From Takakia lepidozioides (lineage: Eukaryota > Plantae > Bryophyta): a stretch of DNA of 64,000 nt. Where the stretch lies: NCBI GenBank assembly GCA_030704615.1, contig CM060732.1, positions 20,522,001 through 20,586,000 on the forward strand, in the 5' to 3' direction. A program made the translations under genes and the position numbers. The notes beneath the pieces are model-generated. The model was not told the origin of the DNA, searched no databases, and saw only the letters and a program-made list of their open reading frames with translations. This document shows positions 11,480 through 24,500 of the stretch, piece by piece. Numbering within the stretch: position 1 is the stretch's first letter; each line of letters starts with the position of its first letter.

Positions 11480-13310
11480 GGGTGGAATGACTTTGACAAG
11501 TAACTGCCAATGTGACAACAGGAAAGTATCAAAAAACAGATAACAATGTTCAACAATGTGGCTGAATGAACTGTGGTGCCGCGGAATGCCATGCTTATGC
11601 ACAACTAGGGCGTGGGATGGAGGCTTTGGAGACCTATGAGTAAATGATGGTGGAAGGGGTGAAGCCCGACCACATCACGTCTGTGCGTTTGCAAGCCTGG
11701 TAGCGCTGGAAAAGGGCAAAGAGGTGCATGGTTGCATCGCGAAAGCTGGAATTGTACCAGATGCGATTCTGATCAATACCCTCGTGGACATGTATGCCAA
11801 ATGCAGGAGGCATTTCAGCAGATTCAGATACGTTTGTCTGTCTCTTGCTTAAGTGCATCAAGATGAAAGGTCTGGAAGTTGGAAAGTAGGTGCACACTCA
11901 CATTATCCAAAGTGGATTCACGCCAAGTGTTTTTCTCCTCAACACCCTTGTCAACATGTCAAACCTGGGAGCTCTGGAAAAGGGGAAAGAGGTCCATGGT
12001 GACATCGTCAAAGCTGGAATTGTACCAGATGTCATTCTGAACACTGCCCTGGTGGACATGTATGCCAAATGTGGGTGCATTAAGGATGCGATGGGAGTTT
12101 TCAACACTATGGCTGAACGAGATGTGGTGTCATGGAAGACGATGCTTGCAGGGTATGCACAGCAAGGACGTGGTATGAAGGCTTTGGAGACCTATGATGA
12201 AATGATGGGGGAAGGGGTGAAGCCCGACCACATCACATTTGTGTGCATTTGCGATGCGTGTGCAAGCCTGGCAGCTCTGGAAAAGGGCGAAAGAGGTCCA
12301 TGGCGACATTGTCAGAGCTGCAATTGTACCAAGTGTCATTCTGAACAATACCCTCGTGGACATGTATAAAGGGAGTGCTTGACAGTATGGCTGAATGAGA
12401 TGTGGTGTCGTGGAGTGTGATGATTGCAGGATATGCACAGCAAGGGCGCGGAATGGAGGCTTTGGAGACCTCTGAGCAAATGATGTGCAAAGGGGTGAAG
12501 CCCAACCGCATAACATTTGTTTGCATTGGCAATGCGTATGCAAGCCTGGCAGCCCTGGTAAGGTGTAAAGAGGTCCATGGTGACATCGTCAAATCTGGAA
12601 TTGTACCCGATGTCATTCTGAACACTGTCCTGCTGGACATGTATGTCAAATGTGAGTGCATCGAGGATGCAAAGGGAGTGTTCGACAGTATGGCTGAATG
12701 AGATGTGGTGTTGTGGAGTGCGATGATTGCATGATATGCACAGCAAGGATGCGGGATGGAGGATTTGGAGACCTATGAGCAATTGATGTGCGAAGGGGTG
12801 AAGCCCAACCGCAACACATTTGTTTGTGTTTGCAATGCGTGTGGAAGCCTAGGAGCTCTGGAAAAGGGGAAAGAGGTCCATGGTGACATTGTCAAAGCTG
12901 GATTTGTACCAGATGTCATCCTGAACACTGCCCTGGTGGACATGTATGCCAAATGTGGGTGCATGAAGGATGCGAAGGGAGTTTTCAAATGGCTGAACAA
13001 GATGTGGTGTCGTGGAACGCGATGCTTGCAGGGTATGCACAGCAGGGGCGTGGGATGGAGGCTTTGGAGACCCATGAGCAAATGATGGGGGAAGGGATGA
13101 AGCCTGACCACATCACGTTTGAGTGCGTTTGCAATGCGTGTGCAAGCCTGGCAGCCCTGGAAAAGGGCAAAGAGGTGCATGGTTGCATCGCCAAAGCTGG
13201 AATTGTACCAGGTGTGATCCTGAAGACTGCCCTGGTGGACATGTATGCCAAATGTGGGAGCATTGAGGATGCAGAGGGAGTGTTCAACAATATGGCTGAA
13301 CGAGATGCCA
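11480..13310 (+). pseudogene. PDF-leader remnant + tandem ~303-bp PLS PPR triplets (unit 3), truncated at 13310
   Basis: Repeated MAERDVVSW..M.AGYAQQGRGMEALETY..M..EGVKPDHITF / GKEVHGDIVKAGIVPDVILNTALVDMYAKCG; stops and frameshifts. Confidence 0.92.
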
Positions 13311-15999
13311 AGCGCGAATTTGAGCTACGCAACGAAGAGCGTCTACCGTCTAGGACGATCAAGTCGCGTTTTCTGAACCATCGTGAATTGACCTGGTTGG
13401 AAGTTGGCTTGTATCTACCTCTTTCTGGTGTTCAAAGTGCAGAGCTTCATCATGGCCCTGGTGTGGTAGGGCGAAGTTGGTTGTTGTTGATGTTACAAGG
13501 CACGGGGGCTTTGATCTTGAGGGCACTACGGTTTCAGCTCCGGCCCTGCGCCTTGGCACCTACTTATTCACAATTAATAGATGGTCTGACGGGTGGGGCC
13601 TTGATAGTACAGTCGTCTAATCTAGTGGTCTTGGGTGTGGGCACTACCTTTGCTTCACAACGAGTGGTTCGCCCAAGCGCGTTTGAGAGACTGAGTGACT
13701 GTTCAAACTTCCCTGCAATCGCAACAACAAGGCCAATAATAGCAAATATATTGACATAGCCGCGCACTGCGGAAATCTCTACCTTCATCTTCTATGTCTC
13801 AACTTTCGATGCTGCCATGTCCTTGTTGATCTTGGAAAACCCCTCTCCGTTCTTGGAACACTCCTCTGCCATTTTGCCTCCAACCTGCAGGTATTTGGAA
13901 ATGTTTTTCTCCTCCTTCTTTTCGCACCACATAATAGCGACCCCCTCTCACCTCCTCCTGGTATTCTGTCCCTCCCCTGACCATCCCCACCCCACATGAA
14001 CCCATTGGGAAAATTGTAGGCTGTTGTCTCTGCAAAAAGAATAATTCATGAGAACCCACCACCATGACACACCTCTCTTTCAGTCTCCCAGGGTCAAAGT
14101 ATCAACTGCAGCCTGCAGGGCTTATCTCAGCAACTCCTCAGTTATTGCGGATTCACTGGACTGAACCACTGCAATGGTGATCAGATCCCAATGTTGATTG
14201 GCAAGAGCTCATCCTAAGAATGAATCAGGTATGGTGCACTGGAAGAAGAAATGGTTGCTTGAAGAGAAGATAAAAATGGTATTGCTTGCAAATGAACTGG
14301 ACTCAACAAAGAAATAGCAAGTGGACGAGTTGAATGTGGAGAAGGGCAAGAATCAAAAACATCAATGGACGTAAAGGCTTCAGATGTAACCTCATATTGT
14401 ATTGTTGCAACCTTCTTTAATTGATGCATTTGGGTGATGAAGGCAGTCCGTCATCTTGACTAATCATGATTTTGTAGATTTGTGTTTGGAGACCAACAAT
14501 ATCTTTTGTTCTAAGGCAAATACTCCTACTGAGGAATTACCATCCACAGTCTTTCAAATGAGAGGTTGTCCATTTTTGAAGAATGTTTGCAGTATACATG
14601 TAATGGTCAGAAGTTACATTCTTCCAATTCTTGATAAAATCTGAAAATTCAGTAAGACACTTATTGGGGATGAGTACAAATCAGAAATACTTATTGCCAA
14701 CCATAAGATTTCATGTTAATGATTGGTATGAAATTATATACTTCAATACAATGTATAAAAAAATAATTTATAGCAAAAATTCATACGACTTCAAAGTAAA
14801 ACACAAACCTAAATAATACTCGTTCGGCAGCAAGATCACCAAGAGGTTGTTCCTCCCATGAATTTCCTCTCTTGATAAGCCCAGTCTGAAATTCAATGAA
14901 ATATGACCTTCATAGCAATAATCTTCCATTTTTGAATCAATTTCAGGCCAAGTAGATTGGTTTACACCACATAGATCTGCCAACATATCTGCATATTCAT
15001 ATAAAGTTTGTTTTTTCAAGCTGGGCCTAAAATGTAGCTTTGTGCAACCATGCATTAACAACAACATAATGATGATATAGGAAAATAGAAGGGGTCCCTA
15101 GCATAGATGGAATTGTTCCAAAGCTTTAGCCAAGAAACCTTGTATTCATGATCAACTGCACAAATAGCAAAACGGTGTAATTTCTCCTGCGTATTCAACA
15201 TTGAGAGACTTATCATAGTGCAATTGGACTTACTCAAGAAAAACTTGTATAGGTGTAGGGTCAGAGATTTGAAGTTGCTTCACAAATGGAGTATAAAGCT
15301 TGTTGTGCTTATCATGGATAGCTTCATTCATAGCAGTTTTAACCTCTTTATGTTTCTTACTCAAGTGATGTATTTTCATTGTAGTTTTTGAGTCTCAAGT
15401 CTCCTGCTTCTGCAAGTTCTTGTTGGAAAACATTGCTATAAAAAAACATGAAGAAACGTTATTACAACATATACAAAGACATTATGGAATATAAAATAAA
15501 GTCCAAAGTGTTTACATATAGTCCAAGAAGACATTGCGAGTGAGCATATACCATGTGTCTTGAGGCTTATTAAAATCCTTTTTGAAAAAAGAAGAATGAC
15601 ATGATCATAATGTGTTGCATACGAACAAGAGTATGCACAAGTTTGGTAGAAACATGAGAATTTTCAGTATATATATATATATAAAACTAACATTGACTTT
15701 AAAGTAACTTGTTTTGTAAATAAACATATAGCAATGAAAAATTGAAAATAAAGAAATCCACAGTAGAGAATGTACTTGCTCGTGTTGTGCATGGCAGTGA
15801 GTAGGCGTGGAACCTAATCTTTTGGATCCAAAATGATGGAATCAGCATACATGTCCAGAATAGTCATCTCCACGAACTCCATTATAGCTCATTGGACCAA
15901 TGGAAGTCATATGGAACATAAATAACATGTGTACAATTGGGACTCACTCAATGTATAAGGTACTTATATTTTTCGGCCCTATCTCGTTTATTTAAAACA

Positions 16000-16150
16000 A
16001 GGCAATTGGCTCTCTCGCTTTGCTTTGGCACAATATAAGAGGAAGGTAAGACTAGGGAGCATGACTGGGCACAACACATCAATTGACACGGTGTAGGTAC
16101 TTCGACCACATTTTCTAGATTGACTTGCGTGTCTCCGCAAAGTCTCTCTC
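16000..16150 (+). repeat. Dispersed short repeat (MITE-like), copy 1
   Basis: GGTGTAGG..GACCACATTTTCT..ATTGACTT..CAAAGTCTCT also found inverted at ~28005-28170 and direct at ~48538-48598. Confidence 0.7.
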
Positions 16151-16214
16151 ACCTACCAATGGAGCACATATGGAACAAGGCTATATAGCCAGGTCCCAAT
16201 ATCTTCTACATCAG

Positions 16215-16343
16215 GTTATATATCTAGATATATACCCCAATATATTGGCGGGGTAAATCCAGGTAAAAGATATACCCATCTAGATATACCCCAATATATT
16301 GGCCGGGTAAATCCATGTAAAAGAGATACCCCGCCCGACACTG
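16215..16343. mobile_element. End of a hAT-like DNA transposon: subterminal duplication plus TIR
   Basis: ~56-bp tandem duplication (ATCTAGATAT..ACCCCAATATATTGG..GGGTAAATCCA) ending CCCGCCCGACACTG, the same terminus as 47929-47944. Confidence 0.55.
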
Positions 16344-18994
16344 AAACGGACCTCAATAACTTATAGGCACTGTCGAAAAATTCATCTTATTATTATTACC
16401 TTTATTTAGAAAAAGAATCATAAATCTCAATTTGTCTTATTTTGGCATATCTCCAGATTTTTATCCCTGTATTCAATGCCGTCCATGGCCCTGCCTCACG
16501 TTCTCATGAATGGTGAAGGGCCCTCTCTGTGAATGACGACGGATACCATCATCCATCACCCTACAGCCGTCCAAAATGTATCCACTGCGACGGCCCGTTG
16601 GGCGCGGCGACGGGTAAATGGAAAGTACCAAGGACTTCACACGGGAAGTGGAGGTTAGATTCATAGCCTCAGACACAACGTCCGGGGAGAACCGGCAGCC
16701 AGTTACATGCTAGCCGACTGAATTCCAGAATTTCCGAATGAAATATGAAACCTCAGGAAATGGATCCGAGGGAAAAAATGGCCGAAGCGGAAATCAACCG
16801 GGTGCCCTACTTTTAGGAAGGATATTTGCCTTTCCATTTCATTACAGACAGGAAATCTGCCTTAGTTGGCAAGGCCTGGACGGATTCCAGCCCTTCTTAT
16901 ATTACAAAAAACGGAAATGGCCGTCGAAGTCCACCACATGGCAGAAATCCAACGTGCCAGGCCGGGTTACATCCGAGGAAGGGTGTTTAGGTGAAAAAAT
17001 ATTGAACTCAAGAGGGCGGGCCGCGGGCAAACCCTACTAAGTCTGGACGTTGCTCTCGCAGCCCCAGCCCCGCGCCTGCTTGCACTCGCTGCTTGCTATC
17101 ACAGCTCACCTGTCCACGCTGGTTCAATTCTTGGCCCCATGTGGTTTGAAGGCATTGACAGGTCCAACTTCTATAAGGATACAATGTTCTTCACTTGTTT
17201 GAATTGCTTAAAACTGGTTGTGATTATTTATTATTATTATTATTTACTTATTGTTGTGCATTTGACACTTGTATTGTAAACCGGTTGATATTTATAAGGG
17301 CCAGATTTATAGCTGAACACAAAATAAATCATTAGGAATATTACCGGTTGTAAAGAAATTATCTCGGAAATTGACCGGGTATAGTTACCACTAAGGGGCA
17401 GCAACCGAGTGCCCAACCCACTTAGCCGATTGCTGCTGGGAATGAGCGGCTACTGGCTGGTTCAACTGAAATTATTTCCCGGACGCTGCTCAGACACACT
17501 GCAGTACATTATTTGCGACAGTCCAGGTCCTTAATGTAAAGCCGAACTGGTTGGATTCTCCGGATTCTCCAGATAAATGTTACCAGTTTGTTTCATAAGT
17601 CTGTCGCTCCCAGGTTTCCTTTTCTGGGAAAAAGGAAGAAGAAAATATCTAAGTGTTAACAGAAGTAGAAACACTCTGTCGATAACATTTATCTAGAGTA
17701 GACTGTAGCCTACCTTCCTTTTGGCATTGCAAGGAGGTGGTGATGAAGGTTGCTGATACGAGAGTCAGTACTGTTTCAAAGCTTTTATGAGGAGACTGAT
17801 AGAGCTTGAATGTGTCCTGTAAAAGCTTGTGCAAAGGCCAGCTTTCTTTTCATTAAGGCCACCTAATTTGGTTGTCTAGTGTCCTTGCATGTGCCTGATC
17901 TTTACTCACTAAAGTTCTTGCTTGAGACTCCTGCAATCGGATTGATTGGGTGTGAGAAGGGAAAAGCAAAAGCTTGCGACAAGCGCAGGCCGCATTGAAT
18001 GTGAGTGAGATGAGAATGCCTTACGAGTTACGCCGCCTGGGACACTCGTGTACCCACATGCAACACTCATCGATCCTAATTAAACCCTGAGGATCCCTAG
18101 CATGCCAATTACAGTTCAACACTTGATTTGTTGTGACATTTCTAAGTAATTTAAAGCAGCCTTTTTGGGTGCCCTCATCTGCATACGTGGCGCCCCCAAT
18201 ACCAGGAAGTACGCATGTTCTGGCAAAACAGGTGAGCCCCACTTAGGGCAGGCCCAATCTGACCACGGAAACGGCCAGCTCGTGATGGGCAGAGCGCTTT
18301 ACCGTCAGTAAATGGATGTGTCAGTATTGCAGGTATTTCTCCTTGGAATGACTAAATTTATTAATGAGTTGGTCTAGAGAGTGAGAGAGGACTGCAGCCA
18401 GAGCGGAGTATCTCGTATCTACGAGGGACTCTGCCTGCCCCTGTGAGGGTGGGCCCTATTGTTCTCTAGAAATATTTTAGGGGTTCTCAAAGTATGTTCA
18501 CACAGTCGTCTGAGAATGTGACTAGGAGTTAAGTACCCTTCATCGTCTTCCGCATCTTCAGGAAGTGATGTCTTGCCATGATCTCATCAGCTGCTGAGGC
18601 TTTGAAATATGGAAATCTTATATGTTACCTACAACTGCTCAAACATGCATCTCTCTAAATACTCAGCTGACACAATTGATTAGTTTGGACAAGGCTTGCG
18701 CAAGTTCGTCTGCACATTGCCTCTCTGGTCAATTTAAGATTTAAAAATTCCATATCTAATTTTTGGGGTTTACTTCTTTTTCATGATGTGAGCAAAACAT
18801 AGTAATGTTGGGTTTATGAGGTACATTATCTTTTTTTAAAAAGACGGAGGCCAACTTACGGAGGCCCGACTTAACTTACATCACTTCCTGACAAAGCGTA
18901 TGTAGGATTTTGGGTTTAATGAGTATAGTCCACGGACGAAAAAACAAAACAGCCATTACCTCCTACTTCACACAAACAAAAGAAAAACCAACAG

Positions 18995-19160
18995 TCAGTA
19001 GCTCAGTTGGTTATGCCACCCAGATGATTCTGGGGTCAAATCCTGCTACATGACGGGTGTGGGATACTCTTCTCCCCCTTCCCTGGGCGGTGTCCCATTT
19101 CTCAGCCTCCATGGCGCGGTTAGTGAAAGAGGTTATTTTCTCCTCTCACTATTAAGGGGC
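18995..19160 (+). mobile_element. Possible tRNA-derived SINE remnant
   Basis: A box TAGCTCAGTTGG (18999-19010) and B-box-like GGGTCAAATCC (~19033-19043), too close together for a tRNA; no acceptor stem. Confidence 0.4.
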
Positions 19161-21504
19161 CTGATTTGTGAGCTGTCGCTCCCAAGTGTTTCCAAAAAGC
19201 TTGGTCAAAGCTCAATTTTCATGCTTTGCAAAGTCCAAAAACAAGGAACCCCCCCACCCCCCCCCCAAAACAACCGTGAAATCTCTCTTGTGGTGTGGTG
19301 AAACTCTCCACAATTTGCTGGGCAGATGTACATGTAGGCAAGGTGAATATGGTAAGGTTCATATTTTGGATCTAATATGGTAGGATGGGTTACTTTTCTG
19401 GGGGCTGAAATTTGCCCAATGGCGGGCAGACCATCTGTACTAGCTCACCAAAATCCAGGGAATTTCACCATTGATTTTGAAGGATTATAATGTTTATGTG
19501 GGGATTGGCCAGAGTGATTTGCAGTGACTTCAAAAACTATCCGGAATGTTTTGATGAAGTCTTTGGCCCACCCTACACTGCAGAATTTTTATGAGTGTTT
19601 TTCCCATGATATTCCATCCCCCCAGGCTCAGACAGATCTGCCGCCTTCCCTCCAAATCAAAGATTCCAAAATCTGCTATAGGCTCTTTTGTAGTGTCATT
19701 CTGGGGATTGTCGTTGACCTACACAGCTCCCACTACTTACATCCATTGGAATGCACTGATCTTGCAAATTCCTCTAGTGGACACCTACTTAACCTGAAGC
19801 CAGTCTCGTTGGTTGAGCTCGTTATTTTGTCCATGCACTTGCCACGAGAGGAAACCACCCACACACCAATTTGCAGTCACCACAAATTTTCCTAGGAACT
19901 TGGTTTTCTAGAAATCATATCACCAACACTTTCACTAAATGAGATGCTGTCAATTGCAGAGGTTCTGACATATCTGACTCTCTAACATTGCTTCAGAAAT
20001 CATTTATTTTCATTAAAATATGTCAAAGTTTGTTTGTTTTTAAAAAAAAGGCCCAAGGGAGGCCCATATATTAAAGAGGAAAAAATAACCTCTCATACAT
20101 GCCATGGAGTCAAAGTTATAAGCACAACTGTAAAATCCTGAGGATGATATGTTTGAAACATGTCACTATCATCCCCCATCCAGTGGATTGTTTGAGCGGA
20201 TTGTTTGAGTGCTTGAGTCAACATTCGTTGTGCTGCATGAAGCGAAACCATAATTACACTTCCTTCAGGAGGCGTCATCCTTTTTTTTTTAGTTGTGTTG
20301 CCGCATGTCCGGAAAAAATTGGGCTAAGTAACTTATAAGATTGTGATGTCCGATTTCTACCTCCTCTTGTCAGTCGAGTCGTTTCATAGATGTTGTTGGG
20401 TTGCAGTGTACTTTGTTGCAGGTATCTTATGTTCACGAACCTCTAACTTTCCACTTTTCCTTGACGTGAAGCATGCACAACATGTAGTATATGTTCTGGA
20501 GGCAAAGTGCAATACTGAGATGGACACGGAAGCAATTCAGACAAAGAACTTCAACAAAACAAAAGTTTAGTACGATGAACTTCACGAGAGAGTGCTTGAG
20601 ATCGCAGCATGACAAGTATGCGTGCAAATCTAAACTCGACATTGATGGGTCCTTCTTGCTCTATAAACTGCTTTTCTAGATCTACATTACCTCTAATCTG
20701 ATGCACACTGCAGAGGAAGAAGGGCACTTTTTGAACCTTCACAGCTCTGATGAATAAGTAATCCTGCTGCTGTGTGCATGTAAGCTGATATCACCACTGT
20801 ACCTTATTATAATGACAACATATTGATGGGCTGCACTGACCTTGCAACTTGGGAGCAGACTGGCGGGGTCCTCTGCACACCGCATTCACTCTAAACACGC
20901 TTCACTGCAACTTTTTTCTGTTTCTCCTCGCTGGATATCTCTGCTGCCATTGTCCCCTTCTTAATGAACTACTGCTACCCATGACCATATCCAAGCACTA
21001 TCGGGGTAGTGCAGGCAGCTCAACTCCTCCGTCCTCTTGCATTTCCCACGTGCTCGTGATAGACCGAGCCAGGCAGTAAATGTGTCTCTCGTCTCTCAAG
21101 TCTCTCCCCATACAAATAGTCTTTGTTGGAATCACATTGGACCTCTTTGATAAAGCCTGCACTTTCATCGGGTCCCGGCTGAGCTCCTCTGGTAGTTTCT
21201 TTCTGGTTTACTGATCGGCTCACTCTTGCACAGTTGCCTTTGGCCGTCGACCTTTCCCCTTTCCTCTGTCTGCTGCATATGTGTCGTTACGTTGAAAGTG
21301 GTCTCTCTCTCTCTATTTCTACTCGAATGGATCCAGTAGACGAAAGGCCAGCCATGGTCGCGGGTACAAGTGTTGTTTTGACACAAAAGGGTGCCCTTGT
21401 GCAGCATGAGGGGCACTGTAGTATTCAGTGGGAGTTTTTTCCAGTTGGATTCAAGACCCAAAATTCTCGTGCGATATCCATAGAGAGAGCGCGGCGCGAC
21501 TACC

Positions 21505-24500
21505 ATGGAGAAGCACACCAGGGCCATTCCACATATGAGGATGATACAGCAATCGGGTGTCATCATAGCCATCGTTTTATTCGTTCCCTGTTTGTGGGTC
21601 GGGGTGGATGCTCAAATAATGTCTGAAGGGCCTTTCATGAAGCCCAACGGTCTGTGCGAAACTTTTATCCAGCCAATTCAAGGCTACGCCTGCACAAAAT
21701 ATGTGGTGAGTGTGGTGTCCATGTCGACTGCAGGGGTTCCACTAGTTTCGACGTTCATGCTAGCACTTGTTCAGAAGCCGATTCCCTGATTGATTAGGGG
21801 TCACTGCTCGAGCTTACATACTAATGGTTCATGGCTGTGCAGGTCACAACCACCCGGATGGTTCCGGCTGGGAATTAATAAAATAGCTAGAGGACAGCAA
21901 TTTGCAATTGGAAGACCTCCAGTTTTCATCCTCTCATGTGCATATTATTATCTCGGTGAGTACAATATCCACGCAGTGGTGGACAATCTTGACCACCTAC
22001 CGAGGAGAATAAAGAAAAACCCTCGAGTACGAATCCATATGTTCAGTCAGACCTCCCTATGTTCATGGACCCCGCTCTGGTCAAATGCAGACTTCAGAAC
22101 TCCAATGAGATTCAGTTGTTTGCGAGCTGGACCTCCTCCAGCAGACTGGACGAGCATGACATTCATTGTTCCCTGTTGACAATGCAACCCGTGATGCCAC
22201 ATTTGCCGTGTGATCTGACGATATCAGACCACCGAACAGTTTCACAACTCTCAGAGTGTGCCCAAATTGAGAGGCCTAAAGGTTTTTTCCACATTTCGGA
22301 TCCAGAATTTTAAATTCAATGAGTCTAGGTCCATTGGCAACAGACGTGTACGAGGATACTGAGGATCATTTCTACGTACTGTTGAGCGTTTAAGTATTAT
22401 AGTGCTATGGGCTCATTGTGATGCACTGGGGTTGAACATGTTCGGATAGCTCGAGAGAGTCAAGCTGTTATATTTCAGGATTGTTACTACCTATATAATG
22501 TGACTTGTGTGGTAATCTGAAAATAGTTTGTGACATGTCAACAGGGGGCGGATTCATGGTTTTTAGATCAAGCCCTAAGGCCCTCTCTGCCGATTCGAGT
22601 AGCTGATGCCAACTACGATGTCTGGATCGGAAGCACACGAACTACTAATTACAGTGATGGCCACACTTACCTCAAGAGAAGTGACCCGGTTGTCACTCTC
22701 TTCTGTGCCTCCTCAATTGGTATTTCCAGTCTGAGTTCTGATGTTTGATGGCCGGCCACCTGCAATTTTTCTCTGCGTCTCTCTCCCTCTTTCCTCTTGA
22801 TGCGAGCCTGACGTTGTGCTCTGGGCATTGTCGAATCCTGTGGAGCCAATTGAGTTTATCATAAACCAGGATTTTGGAAAATCAGCGCTTTAGGTAGGTT
22901 CTTGAAACTAAGGCCACATGCGACTCTCTCTCCTCGTCCTTTTTGGCTTTCTCTTGGTTTGCAATTGACAAACTTTTGAAAATATTTCATTGCAGAAATT
23001 CTGGGATTGGACTTTGGATGAGCTTGCATCGCAAGACCTGCCAGCTTTCTTAGAATTTGTGGCAGCACAGACAGTACAATCAGGCAAGAAAATCCACTAC
23101 ATTGGCTACTCCCAGGTAACTTCGAGCTGATCTCTGGAACCTGCCTTTTTGTACTCACATACTGTGCTGGAAGCCAAACAATGGAAGAGTTTAGCTCCCA
23201 CCAAGAAGGGCCACTTATAGTTCATCAATTGGCTTCCTGAGTTCAGTGGGCGTCTCTTCGTCACTCCTGGAGTGTCTTCTTAGATCATCTTCAATTCATG
23301 AGGAGAGATATTGTAATTGAGTAATGAGCTTGATGTATGCCAGGAGCAATTTCTGGATATGTGACTGCAACTGAGCACTCAAATGTTCTCCCTTTGGCAT
23401 ATGGTGGGCAGGGAACGCAGGCCCCATTAGCAGCTTGGTCACAAGGACAGTCAACCTGGAAGCTCGTGGATAAAGTAGTGATGGTTGCCCCAGTTGCCTA
23501 CTTCTCTGGCACACCATCCACTGCAATACAAGTTTTAGCCCAGACGCACATGGAGGATGTAAGTGCATGTTCTGGTTTGGAGTTGTCGATGTTGTGTGCA
23601 TGTGTTGGTAAATGAAAACAGAAGTTCTGTATGGCCATACCCCATTGCCCGTGGACGAAATAGATCAACGAGAGTTTACCCAGAAAGAGAGAAAGGAATT
23701 TCAATAGCACCCACAGGGAGGTCTAGGGACAAAGTAGAACCATTCCATAAGCCATCCAACGATACCTCAAGCCTGATGCAGATAGGCTGCTACAAAATTG
23801 ACAGCAGCTCGTACCCTATAATTGACCTTAAAATTCCGAAGACAATGTATAATCTTATGATCCCTTGAATATGTACGTAAAGGTGGTTACCTGGCAGTCA
23901 GGGTCCTCCAAGCTGCAGGCTTTCCTGAAGACTGGTAGTACAGGGGAAGCAAGCAGCCTGAAAACTACAATGCAACTTTGAGTTTTTCTCGAAGGTGAAG
24001 GAGCTCATTTAAATAATCTGCCAGGCTTCTTTGATTGCATAATGAAATAGTCTGTGAGGGATTGGCTGTCTCTAAATAGCTGGTAGTAGTGTCCCCCACT
24101 TCAATTCAAAGAGGACAGCGACAGAGCGTCTCAATCTACTACCTTTGTTGTGCATCTGCCTGTCTCTATCTTCAGGCTATGTGAATCTACTCTAATCTTT
24201 GGAATGCTTGTAGAAGAGATGGGGAGAGATATGCAAACAAGTCATTGGGTTGTAATTCAATCTTTGCTGAGGACAAAGATAGTGTTTCAATACAATTACA
24301 GCTATGTTGTCAGGCTGTCATTGCTTTCTAGGTCAGCTTGACCTTGATTCACTTAGTTCCTGTCGTGCTTGGATCAGATCTCCAGCCATGCCGAGTTTGA
24401 GGGTAGTAGGAAGGCGGAATAGGAATGTGGTGGAGAGGCCATGTTGTTAAAAAAAAATGGAGACAGAGGCAACTAGATGTCATAAGTCTCAGAGGTTTTA

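Noticed and set aside
11478-13310. DYW deaminase domain
   Set aside because: No HSE(K/R) or CxDCH/DYW motif found after any E/E+ segment.
12953-13759. 268-aa ORF as a novel PPR fusion protein
   Set aside because: Read-through from a truncated PPR pseudogene into unrelated sequence at ~13310, with no recognisable domain.
18999-19046. tRNA gene
   Set aside because: A-B box spacing is too short and there is no cloverleaf; at most a SINE head.
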